DNA of 64,000 bases from the human T2T-CHM13v2.0 reference genome, Homo sapiens: NCBI RefSeq assembly GCF_009914755.1, contig NC_060947.1. The stretch is one strand, 5' to 3'. Positions 14,146 to 28,074 of this stretch are shown here, piece by piece; position 1 is the stretch's first letter, and each line of letters opens with the position of its first letter. The notes under the pieces are model-generated. The model was given only the letters and a program-made list of their open reading frames with translations. It did no database searches and was not told the origin of the DNA. The position numbers and the translations under genes are program-made.

Positions 14146-15805
14146 TTCTTTCAAAACCGGCACAAGACAAGGATGCCCTCTCTCACATTCCTGTTCAATA
14201 TAGTGTTGGAAGTTCTGGCCAGGGCAATCAGGCAGGAAAAAGAAATAAAGGGTATTCAATTAGGAAAAGAGGAAGTCAAATTGTCCCTGTTTGCAGATGA
14301 CATAATTGTATATCTAGAAAACCCCATCGTCTCAGCCCCAAATCTCCTTAAGCTGATAAGCAACTTCAGCAAAGTCTCAGGATACAAAATCAATGCGCAA
14401 AACTCACAAGCATTCCTATACACCAACAACAAACAAACAGAGAGCCAAATCATGAGTGAACTCTCATTTACAATTACTACAAAGAAAATAAAATACCTAG
14501 GAATCCAACTTAGAAGGGATGTGAAGGACCTCTTCAAGAACTACAAACCACTGCTCAAAGAAATAAAAGAGGACACAAATGGAAGAACATTCCATGCTCA
14601 TGGATACGAAGAATCAATATCATGAAAATGGCCATACTGCCCAAGGTACTTTATAGATTCAATGCCATCCCCGTGAAGCTACCAATGACTTTCTTCATAG
14701 AAATGGAAAAAACTACTTTAAACTTCATATGGAACCAAAAAAGAGCCTGCATTGCCAAGACAATCCTAAGCCAAAAGAACAAAGCTGGAGGCATCACACT
14801 ACCTGACTTCCAACTATACTACAAGGCTACAGTAACCAAAACAGCATGGTACTGGTACCAAAGTAGATATATAGATTAATGGTACAGAACAGAGCCCTGA
14901 GAAATAACACCACACATCTACAACCATCTGATCTTTGACAAACCTGACAAAAACAAGAAATGGGGAAAGGATTCCCTATTTAATAAATGGTGCTGGGAAA
15001 ACTGGCTAGCCATATGTAGAAAGCTGAAACTGGATCCCTTCCTCACACCTTATACAAAAATTAATTCAAGATGGATTAAAGACTTAAATATTAGACCTAA
15101 AACCATAAAAACCCTAGAAGAAAACCTAGGCAATACCATTCAGAACATAGGCATGGGCAAGGACTTTGTGACTAAAACACCAAAAGCAATGGCAACAAAA
15201 GCCAAAATAGACAAATGGGATCTAATTAAACTAAAGAGCTTCTGCACAGCAAAAGAAACTACCATCAGAGTGAACAGGCAACCTACAGAATGGGAGAACA
15301 TTTTTGCAACCTACCCATCTGACAAAGAGCTAATATCCAGAATCTACAAAGAATTTAAACAAATTTACAAGAAAAAAACAAACAACCCCATCAAAAAGTG
15401 GGCAAAGGATATGAACAGACACTTCTCAAAAGAAGACATGTATGCAACCAACAGGCACATGAAAAAATGCTCATCATCACTGGTCATCAGAGAAATGCAA
15501 ATCAAAACCACAATGAGATACCATCTCATGCCAGTTAGAATGGCGATCATTAAAAAGTCAGCAAACAACAGATGCTGGAGAGGATGTGGAGAAATAGGAA
15601 CGCTTTTACACTGCTGGTGGGAGAGTAAATTAGTTCAACCATTGTGGAAGACAGTGTGGCAATTCCTCAAGGATCTAGAACTAGAAATACCATTTGACCC
15701 AGCGATCCCATTACTGGGTATATACCCAGAGGATTCTAAATCATGCTACTATAAAGACACATGTACACATGTTTATTGCGGCATTATTCACAATAGCAAA
15801 GACTT
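14146..15805 (+). mobile_element. L1PA (L1PA7/8-like) ORF2 fragment covering the RT and C-terminal domains; frameshifted; no 3'UTR or poly(A)
   Basis: ORFs 14113-14625 (LFADD), 14622-14879 and 15153-15818 ([16 protein letters not shown]) are L1 ORF2p sequence. Confidence 0.97.
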
Positions 15806-18800
15806 ACCTAGTTGCTAGTGAGAACAACATCTTTATTTCTTTTTAATCATTCACAATTTAATGATAGGTTATTTGTAGATAGCCTTTATAAGGTTGAGGA
15901 GGTTTCCTTTTACGACTTATTTGTTGAGTATTTTTATTATGAAATGTCATTAAATTTTTCACAGGCCTTTTTGGTGTCTTCTGAAAAACAGTATGTAGTT
16001 TTTGTCCTTTATTGTATCAATATGGTTGTACAACACTGTTTGATTTTAGTCAATCCCAAATTCCTGGAATAAATCTCACTGAGTCATGATATATAATCCT
16101 TTTTATATGTTGCCTGATTTGGTTGCTAGTATTTTGTTGACTATATTTGCATTTACAGCCTTAAGGTATATTAGCCTGTACTTTTCTTGTGATATTTTTT
16201 CTGGTTTTGGTATCAGAGTAATATTGGCCACATAGAATGAGTTAGAAAGGGTTCTTTTTCCTCTATTACTTATAAAAATATGTGAGGATTTCTGTTCATT
16301 CTTTTTGGTAATGTTTGCTCAAATTCATCAGTGAAGCCAGCTGGACCTGGATTTTCTTTGTGAGAAGTGTTTTTGTTACTAATTCCATCTCTTTACTTCT
16401 TATAAGCCTATTCAGATTTTTTATTTCTTTCTGAATCAGTTTCAGAAGTTCGCATCTTTCTGAAAATGTATCCATTTTATCCAGGGTATCTAATTTTTTG
16501 GTGTATAATTGTTCCTAGTATTCTTTTATTATAATTTTTTTCTGTCATGTTACTAATGACATCTTCTCTTACATTCCTCATTTTAGTAATTTGAGTTGCC
16601 TTTTACATGTTAGTTTTTAATTTCCTTTATCTTTTCAAAGAATCAACTTGCAGTTACACTGATTTCTCTTTTTTCTCTTAACTTTTGTTTTTCTGTTCTA
16701 ATCTTTTCACTTACTTCCTTTTGCTTGTTTTGTATTTAGCATGTTCTTCTTTTCCTAATTTTTTAAGGTGAAGTGTTAATTGATATGAGAGCTCGCTTTT
16801 TTAATATAGGCATTTAATAGCTACAGATTTCACTGTAAGCACTGCTTTAGCTGTGTGCATAGTATGCTATGTTTTCATTTCCTTCTACTCAAATTATTTC
16901 CTAATTTCCTGTGATTTCTTGCTTTCCCGTTGGTTATTTAGGAGTGTGTTGTTTAATTTTCACATACTTGTGAATTTCCCAAATGTCCTTCTGTTGTTGA
17001 TTTCTAAATTTCATTCTATTTTAGCTAGAGAACATACTTTGCATTATTTCAATACTTTTAAATTTGCTGAGACTTGTTTTATGGCCTAGCATAAGTGTTA
17101 TTCAGGATGAAGTTATACAAGGGCTTGAGAATCGTATGTATTTTGCTGTTTTGAGTGTAGTATTCTATATATGTGTTTGGTCTAGTTTATTTATAGTGTT
17201 GTCCAAATCTTATTTTTTCCTTGTTAATCTTGTGTCTAGTTGTTCTTTTCATTATTGAAAGAAGCTGTTGAAGTCTCCAATAATTATTGTTCAATTGCCA
17301 ACATTATTTTCCCTTCAATTCAGACAGATTTTGCTTCATGTATTTTGGGCTTTGTTGCTACCTACATGTATATTTGTAATTGTTATGGTTTTCTAATGGA
17401 TTCATCTTTTTAACGTTATAGAATATCTTTCTTTTTCTCTAGAAATATTCTTTGCACTACAGTCTATTTTGTTCAATAGTAATATAGTTACTCCAGCTCT
17501 GTTTTGGTTACTGTTGCATTATATATATTTTCCATCCTTTTGCTTTACATTCATATGTCTTTTTAAATCTAAAGTGTGTCTCTAGTAGATAGCCTACAGT
17601 ATGATCCTGATTTATATTTTATGCATTCTGTTACTCTGTACCTTTGAAGTATCCATTTTGCTATTTGTTTTCCACATGTCTTATCTCTTTTTGTTTCCTC
17701 TATTTCTGTGTTATTGCCTTAGGATTTTTGGCATTTTTAAAAATTTTATTTTACTATCAACTGAAAATTTATTAATTGTATATATTTATGTTTACGGGAT
17801 AGCCTTGTTTTGTATAAAATAGACATTTTCAAGTGTACCATTTTAACTTCCTTTTTATTTCTTTTACCATTCTTTTAGTTATTTTCTTAATGGTCCTCCT
17901 TGTGATGACAGTTAATATCATATCTTAAAAAGAACTTGTTTAGATTAATACCAACTTACTTTGATCAGTATCCAAAAGTGTAGCTCTAATCCAACTTTGT
18001 TTTTTTCACCCTTCTTTGTATTATGATTTATTGACATAGAAACTATATTGTACCTTGGAAGCCTACTAATAGTTTTATAATTATTGTTTTATGTAGTTGT
18101 CTTTTAAGTCAGATAGGAGAAGAAAATAGTTACAAACAGAAATATACTGATCCTGTATTTTATATTCATCTATGCAGTTACCTTTATTAGTGTTCTTTAT
18201 TTCTTCATGTGGATTTGAGTTTTTGTCTAGTGAAAATTTTTTTTAGAGTGAAGGACTCCTTTTGGTATTTCTTATAGGAAAGGTCTACTCATTATGTCAG
18301 TTATTTTTTGTTATTTTTAAAATCTTGGCACATCCTAATATCTCCATTTTTGAAACATAGTTTGCTAGAGATAGAATTCTTGGTTAATGGGTTGCTTTTT
18401 TCACTTCAGCATGATACATATGTCATCCTACTGCCTTCTGCCCTCCACATTTCCGATAAGAAGTTAGCTGTTACTGCTATTAAAAAATACCTTGTATGTA
18501 GAGCTATAATTCTTTTACTGCTTTCAAGATTCTCTTTGTGTTTTGGCACTTTGTCTATGATGTGTCTGGGTGTAGACTACTTTGAGATTATCCTACTGGA
18601 AGATTGTTTTGCTATTTGAATGTGCAAATTCATGTTTTTTCATCAAATTGTGTTAGCCTTTAGAAATTACGTCTTCAAATATTCTTTCTGTTCTTCGAAG
18701 CTTTCTCTTCTCCCTCAGGGACTTCAGTGTCTCACATATCTTTGAGACTACATTAATTTTCTTTATTATTTCTTCTTTCTGTTCTTTACTATAATCACAA

Positions 18801-19543
18801 TGAACTATATTCAAATTTTCTTATTGTTTCCTTGACAGTTGCAATCTGCTATAGAACTCCTCTAGTGAATTTCTCATTTCAGTTATTGTGATTTTTAAAC
18901 TACTGAGTTACTATTTGGTGCTTTTAAAAAATAATGTCTATCTCTTTGTTGACACTCTCTCTTTAGTGAGAAATCATTGCCATACACTCCTTTATTTTTT
19001 TAGACAAGATGTTTTTTAGTTACTTGAACATATTTATAATTGCCTATTTAAAATCTTTATATAATAAATCTGACATCTTGGCTTCCACCATGACATTTTC
19101 TATTGACTTTCTTTTTTTTTTTTCTTTGTATGGGCCATTCATTCCTGTTTCTTTGTATGTCTACTTTTTCTTTAAAATACTTGACATTTTAATATAACAT
19201 TGTAAATCTTGAAATCAGAACTTCTTCTCCCAGGGTTTGTTGGTCTTGCTGTTAGCTGTTTTGTTGTTGTTGTTTATATTGTTATTGTTCCTCGTTTGCT
19301 GACTTTCTTGGACTGATACTGTAAAGTCTGTTTTCTTTGACATATGTAGCCACTAAAGTGTCTCCTTGGTTAGGTTAGTGATTAGCAAGACAGAGGTGTC
19401 CTTAAATGCCATGAACCAGTAATTCTCCCAGCCACTGCCAAGGATTTGGTATAGTTTTTAGACATGCCTCAAATATTCCTGTAATTAACAACTCTGTTAT
19501 CCTTACTTTCAACTTCTTCAGAGGCTTAAGATTAGTCAGACTT

Positions 19544-19823
<280 letters not shown>

Positions 19824-21724
19824 CTAGATTCTCAGAAATATGTTGACATTTTCAAAGATTGTTATGAATGTCTCATTCACCAGTTTTTCCTTTTAAGTTT
19901 TTAGTCAACCTCTTGTTAATTGCTTCAGGTAGCTGCAGTGTTAAACAACTACCACTTTTTGTGAGAAAATTTTTTAGGTATAGGCTTATTTGTACAGAGT
20001 GAGCTCTGATTCAGGTCCATTAAAGACAACCCTGAGAATAGAGCTATTTAGGGAGTTTCCAGACATTTCAAATAGTCACATTTCTCAGGGAATGGGTTTT
20101 GTGGAAGAACATGCCTGTTTCTGCTTCCTCTAGTGGTTGCTAAAATGCAAGTTTTCATGACTACTGCAGTAGTGAGGCTGTTGATTTCAAGACTCTCACA
20201 AATCTAGGGAGTGAAGAATAGTAATAGAGCGAGCTAACACATCACAGAGATTGCAGTTCTTACAGAAGTTTAGCTGTTTTTCTTGGAGAAATACTCCTTG
20301 CAATGTTGCAAGCCTTTGATTAATTTCCAGAGTTTTAGAAAGGTTTGTTTTGATGATTTTTTCCAATGTTCCGATTGCTTTTCAGAAGGAGAGGTTTTTG
20401 TAAAGCTACTTTTATTAGGACCTTTGACAGCTTTGACTTTTTGTTCATAGCTGCAGAACATTATGTCTTCTACAATATAGTAATACATTCTTCTAATAAA
20501 TCATCTTTGCACAGTGTGAAGGGAACATTTCAATAGTTGAATATTTGGGGATATAAACAAAACTGTCTGTTATATCAAAAGTATAGCCTCATTTAATTTT
20601 TATTTTTCAGAAAGGTTTTGCTGCCTCCATAGATAGCATGTCTTTGGGAAATATAATTCCATGAGAATTTTGGTAGTGATAGTTCTCATTTCGCTCCCTC
20701 CCCGCAGTACGCATACACATTTATTCTTCCTCTCTGGATATTAGCCAGCAAGGCTAATTTTATTGCAAGGCCCTGTGGCATACTAGATACTTCTATTTCA
20801 AATGATATAGACAGTTACAGAATGTTTATCATAGTCTACTGAAGTTTGAATGATACATATTACAAATACAGTTGTTACACAGTCAGCATTCTTCAGACCA
20901 GATGGGTCTGACATGGAGGATCACAGAAAGTTAGAAAGATCGCCATTCTCAGATTTATTTCAGTTTGTGTCTTTTCCAAGGAAATTTCAATTTAGTATCT
21001 TTGAATGTAACCCAAGAGTAACTCTCAGGTTTGGTCTCTGAGTGAGGTGTTCCAATCTCACATTTTATAATACTAATTTCCTAAATAATTAGCAGTGGGA
21101 ATGGTCATTACATTTTTCAAGTGATGCCTGCAGATTTAAAAATTAGGGTTTTAAAAATCTGTCTATTCCAGAGTCTGAATACCTTGGCATTTGGAGCAAC
21201 ATGAAAGAAACACTATCTTGCCTATAGCAAACAGATTTTTCAGCTTAGGTTCTGCATCTCTTGCCCTTTCAGTAGTTTATTGAGCTGTTCCAAGTTTACC
21301 ACTGGTTAAATGGAGTACAAGAAAATAGCATTCATTAAAGCTTGCTTAATCCAAGGAAACTTGGCCTGAGAATGATCTTTGATAGAGCCATTGTTGTACT
21401 TCAAATTACATTTAAATTACTCTAAGACAGATATTCAAATGTAAAATGTAAAAAGCACAAGTGTCACAGAAACACTTCTTGGGATCTTTGGGGAGTTACT
21501 TATACCAATAATGCCTCTCTCAGCTGCATGAAAGGTACAATGATATAAAAATCTCAAGCTCTTGGTTACTTATGAAGGGCTTTACTATGTGGCCAGGAGT
21601 TGACAGACTAAATGTACACTGTTTGAAACTGTGTATATTTCTCTATAATTTTTAGTAGTTACCCATGAAAACAATGCCATTTAAATACCATTACTCTTGG
21701 CTATTGCTGCAACAGTAATTTTCA

Positions 21725-21890
21725 AAGAAGAGTATTATCCTGCACATCTGGGTGATATTTTTCATTGTCCAATGACTGGGATACCATATTAGCAACTAGT
21801 GACTATTAGTCAGAGACACCAAAAAGTCCCACATAACAAAGACTTGTCACACTCAAAATTTTAATATGGTCCCCTTTAAGAAACAGTGAG
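21725..21890. mobile_element. MER20-like hAT DNA transposon remnant
   Basis: CTGGGTGATATTTTTCATTGTCCAATGACTGGG..CCCACATAACAAAGA..TTAAGAAACAGTG. Confidence 0.5.
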
Positions 21891-22249
21891 AAATGGAATT
21901 GCACTTTAGTCATAATAGGCAATATCTTATGATGATGATGCACTTTTTTCATAGTTGCATTCCTCAAGATGACATCCATTGCAACAGGTCAGAATTCTTT
22001 ATGAGTGCTGCATTATGGCCCACTTCACGCTTAAGAACAAACATGAGGATTTCAGAGCTGAATCAACGTTAGACTCTTAAAAAACAATTGTATCATGTAA
22101 GTATCTACTTTGTAGCTCCACCTTAAAAGCTATGGATGGCCTTTGTATAAATTTACTACTACTTGCCTATGGAAAGGACTCTATTACTGAATTAGAAGTT
22201 AGGTCTATGATGGAACAAGTGTGACCATTTAGCATTTAAGTCTAGTTGC

Positions 22250-23006
22250 ATTTCTGCATTGATGCAGGCAGACCTTTCTTTGTCCGGATCTAGGACAGAT
22301 TAACTGAGATCCTGACACTTTTAAAGGTCTGAAAAAAACATGTAAAACGTATTCTCCCTGAGGGCTGCTAACAGTGAGGTTTCATCTACATAACAAGACC
22401 ACCTTTGCTAGCCAGACCTCTTCTTCTCCCCTTCCCATAACCTGTCTTGCCACCATCACCTGATTTACCAACATAACTGTTCTGAGCCCCTATTTTTTTC
22501 TCTAACCTCAAGATGGTGTTTAAGCTTCTGTATCCCATTGCAGAGTTGGTGTAATTACTTTGTGATTCTTCCATGTACATGTTAATAAATTTGTATGCCT
22601 TCCTTCCTATTAATATGCCTTTCTAAAAATTTTATTTATAAAGACACGGTCTCACTATGTTCCCCAGGCTCAATTACAGTGGCTATTCATGGGTACCATC
22701 TCACCACTGATTAGCAAGGGAGTTTTCATCTGCTCCACTTACAACCTGGGCCAGTTCATCCCTCCCTAGGTGACTTGATGGTCCCCTACTCCCTGGCAAT
22801 TACGATATTGATGGCAAACAGTGTGGACACTCTATCAGCATAGTGCACTACAGCCTGTTACCGGACACAAGTGATTCTCCTGCCTTGGTCTCTGGAGTAG
22901 CTGGGACTATAAGCATGCCCACTGTACCTGGCTAATCTGCCTTTTGTCAGTTGATATTTCAGTGAATCTTCAGAGAGTGAAGGGAATGTTTTCCTTCCCC
23001 CGTATA
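22250..23006 (+). mobile_element. ERV1 solo LTR (MER39/MER34-group), interrupted by a 7SL retrocopy
   Basis: CATCTACATAACAAGACCACCTTTGCTAGCC; TTAATAAATTTGTATGCCT; homologous in reverse to 43836-44406. Confidence 0.75.
22623..22932 (-). pseudogene. RN7SL: Full-length processed 7SL (SRP) RNA pseudogene
   Basis: Carries the S-domain that Alus lack (antisense GGCTATTCA..GGAGTTTTCATCTGCTCC..CCTGGGCCAGTTCATCCCTCC..CATAGTGCACTACAGCC); degenerate T tail; TSD TAATATGCCTTT / TAATCTGCCTTT. Confidence 0.92.
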
Positions 23007-23286
23007 GGGGTTAGGAGATCAGTATATGAATTTGGGATTATGAAAGGAAAATAAAATCTTGGGACCCCAAACACACTAAGCCAAAGGGAAAAGTCAAGCT
23101 TGGGAATTGAGTCATAGAAAATTGTCTCCCATTTTTATTCCTACAAAAATTAAAGGCCACATACTTCCCCAGGAAGCCTCCCTCACAATTTGCTCACAAG
23201 GAACTTCCTCATAGGTCGCAAGATATTTACCCTAAAACAGTTCTGTTGAATTTCATGCTGACAAGGTAATTAACAGCTTATCTTCA

Positions 23287-23738
<452 letters not shown>

Positions 23739-24076
23739 TCACTGAGCACAGGCCAGTGCATAATTGACTGTTCTTCTATCCCCTCCTTTTACATATAAAA
23801 TGTAGATTCAGTGAACACTGATGAAAGCCTCAGAAGAATGGAACCACCTGCAGCTTTATCTACCCTACCCCAACATTTTGTTTCTTTCTTGGTTCTCCTA
23901 CTGCCCACCCTTTCCCCTTGAAATACTGGAGTCCCCAAGCCCCCTTTGAAATAAAAAGCACAAATCACAGATGTCCCTGTGGGTTTTGTGTTTCTTTTCC
24001 CTGAGCCCATCCTCAACCTTGGCAAAATAAACCTTGAAATTGATTGAAACCTGTTGCAGATACTTTTGGGTTTACA

Positions 24077-25060
24077 AATTGGCCACTACAGGAGGAATTC
24101 TGAATGGAGGTGGCCCTTAACCTGTGGCAAATCTCCTATCCGTGGCTGGTACTGGTTGGGCTATTTTTATCACTCAAACCAATAAGGAAATTTGCTGAGG
24201 TCTGGAAGCTACCCAGCTCCGGAGAACACCTGATCTCCCAAATTTTGGGTGAGATTTAAGGCTTATTTTGCTGTACAGCTCATTTATGGAGTTCTGCTTT
24301 CTTCCCACAAGAGAAGCAAGTTTTTCCTGCTTTCATGATGATGGGGAGCAGCTAACTACTTCCTGGAGTTCTGCTCACTTCCAATAAGGAAAGTGCTTTC
24401 TTCCTGCTTCTAAAATGGTAGAGAGCAATCTGCAGCCTGGGCCCCACTCCTAGGTAAATAGCTGAGTTGAGATTTTATCTTAAAAATTCTCTTTAATGAT
24501 TAAAATATAAGGTTGACAACCAGCTGGTCTTAACTTCTTACAATTAGAGTGCTCATTCATTGTATAAATCTTGCAATTGCTTACTTGATTTTTTTTTTTT
24601 TTTGGTTGTTTTTGCTGTTGTTTTGGTCTCTTCTCCCATTGGATTTGACCAACTCTAAACTCCTCTAGTGTATGAGTGTGGAATTTCCACTCCAAAGAGA
24701 AAAAGCCCTTGCTCCCCTCAGCCTTTCAGGGCATTCCCAGGTTACTGAGAATCACATGCAGGTATCTGGGAGGAATGCTCCCAGTGATGCACAGCAGCTC
24801 TGACTAGGTTGCCCCTCTGAAAAGCGTACTTATGGTCTAATCTCAGCTGGCAGGTACATATAAGGTACCAACCCCCTCCACACTTTGAACCTCTGATGTG
24901 CTGTGTCAGGGGGCCATAATACAGCGGGACCAAACCGGCTCATGGGATAATGGCCCTGAGAATGTATGTCCACAAGACACACCTCTTGACTTGGTTAAAT
25001 CTGAAGGAGAGTTCCAAATTAAGGGGATCAAGGCCTTTGAATTGGCTATCCCCCAAACCC
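24077..25060 (+). mobile_element. MER4-type internal leader with degenerate PBS (possibly tRNA-Arg)
   Basis: AATTGGCCACTACAGGAGG directly after the LTR; MER4-int-like repeats GGAGTTCTGCT..TTCC. Confidence 0.7.
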
Positions 25061-25063
25061 TCA

Positions 25064-25517
25064 GGTCTTAAAGCTTGAAACTTACATTTCTTTTATCTAA
25101 GTTCCTTCCTCAGGAAAGGACCCTCAGACCTCTCAAAAAGTATCAAAGAACTGAAACTTACCAGATCACCGCATCTAGACAATGAGATGACAGACCCCTC
25201 ATCTGTCATGATTGCTTCCTTACTCCTCATTAATTCCTGTTTTCCTAACCAAGAAACCAAGACTTGCTTCTTGTTGACCAACTCCTCTCACTTTACCCCT
25301 CCCTATTTCCTATTTTCACACATATAGTTACATTTCTTCCTTGCTATATAAACCCTTAATTTTAGTCAGGGAGATTGATTTAAGACTGATCTCCCATCTC
25401 CTCAGCTACAGCACCTGATTAAAGCCTTCTTCCTTGGAAACATTCGTTGCCTTAGTGAATGGCTTTCTGTGCAGCGAGCAGCAGGATCTAGACCGAACCT
25501 CTGGTGTTTCAGTAACA
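25064..25517 (+). mobile_element. 5' LTR (5'-truncated) of nested class I provirus, LTR26/LTR23-like
   Basis: Direct repeat of 32005-32873; TATATAAA box, ATTAAA signal, ends GTAACA; followed by a tRNA-Glu-like PBS TCGTTCCCTGATC at 25523. Confidence 0.88.
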
Positions 25518-25991
25518 GATTTTCGTTCCCTGATCAAAATCGCATTGCTCGTGGCTCAGCTGTCACAGGCCCAGAGAGTTCCTAAGCAGCTGCCTACCCA
25601 TTTTTGGCCAGAGGTGGGGTTTGGTCTCTATCTCTTTGGCCCTGCCACTTCAAATCCCTACCATTTTCCTGATTGTGTAGGAGAAACAGTCTTTGAAATT
25701 AGACATCTATGTCTAAATGGGTGAGTGTCTTTTGTGCCTACCAGACATGGGATGTGCTCCACTCAATTTGAGGACTTCTGAAGGAATTTCCATTTCCAGG
25801 TTGAAAAAGCCCAACCAGCTGAGAGGATAAAGTACCTCGACTGTTTCAGGTTGAACACTCTTGGGGCTTCTTAGTTGCTACTGCAGCAGTTAGATTATAT
25901 TTGAGTACCTAGATTGCATTTTGATAAGTGTGTGCATGTGTCTCTCTCTCTCTCTCTGTCCCTCTGTTTGTGTGTGTGTGTTGATATAGTC

Positions 25992-28070
25992 ATGGGAAAT
26001 TAAAATTCAGTCCCAGAATGCAGCCCACTCTGGTGCATTCTTCAAAATTGGTCTGAATATAGTTATAATCCAATGGAACAAAATAAAATGATATTTTTGA
26101 TAGTACAGTTTGGCCCCTATATTCTTTGTAATCTGGAGAAGTATGGCTCCTCAATGGGTCTTTATATTTTAATGCGATCTTAAAACTAGATTAATTTTGC
26201 TGTTGAATGGGAAAGAGGGATGAAATTCCTTGTGTCTAGGCTTTTATGTTTCTTTATCAGAGCAAACCTAATCAAATGTAAAATTTTGATACAATGGACA
26301 GAGACTTTTAAGAAAGGTGGTGAGTCTGCACTTTGCACTAAGGTTATCATATTTACCAGCAGAAGAAAACTCTCCCTTAGATGAGGAAGCCTGAGCTGCT
26401 ATAACTTCTGAAACCCCAATCCCACCATCTCCGACCTCTGCCAGCTGCCCTGGAGTCAGCTTCTGCCTCTCCAACAGCTCCAACCCCTGAGACTTCTGAA
26501 CCTCTGAAAAACCCTTTCCTGACTTTTGCTAGTCCTCTTCATCATGAACCTGGGACCCCTACCCTAGTTCCACCGGATCCTCCCTCCCTTTATCTTTTGT
26601 TCTCTCATTTCGTCAAGAAGATATCTGAGAACTCCAGGGGAATGGTCTCACCCTCTCATACCTGTCAAGGAACACAATTTAGCCAAGGTTCACCCCTACT
26701 CCTTGCAGGAAAATTTCTTCTAAGGCAGATCCCTATTTGGGGTTTAACTGAAGAACAGCCTGCTGGAATGATGTGGATATGCTGACCATTCACTACGTCT
26801 GACTTATATAATTGGAAGCAGAACAACCCAGCTTACAGGGATGACCCAAAAAGTATAACTTGCCTTTTTGAGTCTATTTTCACTACTCATCACCCCACAT
26901 GGGCTGATGCTCAGAGCCTCCTTAGAGTCTTGTTGAAATCTGAAGAACATCAGAGTACTAGAAAAGGCTTGGGAGGAGGCTGACCGGTTGCATGCAGAAG
27001 ATCCTAATAACCAAGTGAGGACTGATGCCAATATGGCAATGCCTCTCCATGACCCCAAATGGAATCCAAATGATTGTGATGAAAGTGAGATCCAACATTT
27101 CGGGGATTGTTCTGGTGGGGCTCAGAAAGGGGGTCCACAAAACCAAAAGGTTAGACAAGATTTAGGAAATTAGACAAGGAGTGAATGAGAACCCATTAGC
27201 ATTTTTGGAAAGGATTTTGGAGGCTTATCAGAAATATACAGATATATATCCAGACAGTCCTGAGAATTCCAGGTTAATTAATATGACTTTCATAGGAGAG
27301 AGGATGCCCAACATTCAATATGAATTGCAAAATTTGGAGGGCAATCTAATGTTGCCAGTATCTCATTTGATTTATGTGCCATACAAAGTCTTTCTAAGTT
27401 GAGAGCAGACTAAGGAACAACAAAAGCAGAAATGAAACTGCAGGAGATGAAATAGCAGGCTAAGTTCCTAGCAGCAGCCTTAGCTAAGAGTGCAAAAGGT
27501 CCTCCTCAGAAAGGGCAAAGGCCGCAAGGGAGAAAATCCTTAGAAAGTTCTCCCTTAGGAAAAAACAAAACAAAACAAAACAATGTGCATTGATATGGTT
27601 TGGATTTGGGTCCCCACACAAATTTCATGTCGAATTAGAGAAGGGGCCTGATGGGAGGTGATTGGATCATGAGGGTAGATCTCCCCCTTACTGTTCTAAT
27701 GATAGTGAGTGAGTTCTCACTAGAACTGATGGTTTAAAAGTGTGTGGCACTTACCTCTTCTCATTTTCTCTCTCTCCTGCTTCACCATGGTAAGACATGC
27801 TTGCTTCCCCACTACTTACCACCATGATTGTGAGTTTCCTGAGGCTTCCCATCATGCTTCCTGTGAAGCCTGTGGAACTGTGAGTCAATTAAACCTCTTT
27901 TCTTCATGAATTACCCAGTCTGCAGTAGTTCTTTATCGCAATGTGAGAACGGACTAATACATGCATACTACAGAAAAGAGGGACACTGGAAAAAATGTTG
28001 TCCCAAGCTGAATAGAATGGGGAGCCAAGACCCAGAATTGCAAATATTTAGATTCCATGGCTCTGACCTG
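25992..28070 (+). pseudogene. gag: Decayed gammaretrovirus-like gag (MA, CA with major homology region, NC zinc knuckle)
   Basis: MGN*..SPLWCILQNWS; PFTTSDLYNWKQNNP; HHPTWADAQSLL; MHR-like NENPLAFLERILEAYQKYT; QCAYYRKEGHWKKCCP once the MSTA is removed; many stops and frameshifts. Confidence 0.92.
27591..27961 (+). mobile_element. MaLR LTR (MSTA/THE1D-like) inserted in the gag zinc knuckle
   Basis: TGATATGGTTTGGAT..GGACTAATACA; perfect TSD TGCAT. Confidence 0.93.
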
Positions 28071-28074
28071 GCAT

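Noticed and set aside
14113-15818. Longest ORFs (170, 85 and 221 aa) as a functional reverse transcriptase gene
   Set aside because: Frameshifted pieces of L1 ORF2 lacking the endonuclease domain and the N-terminal part of RT.
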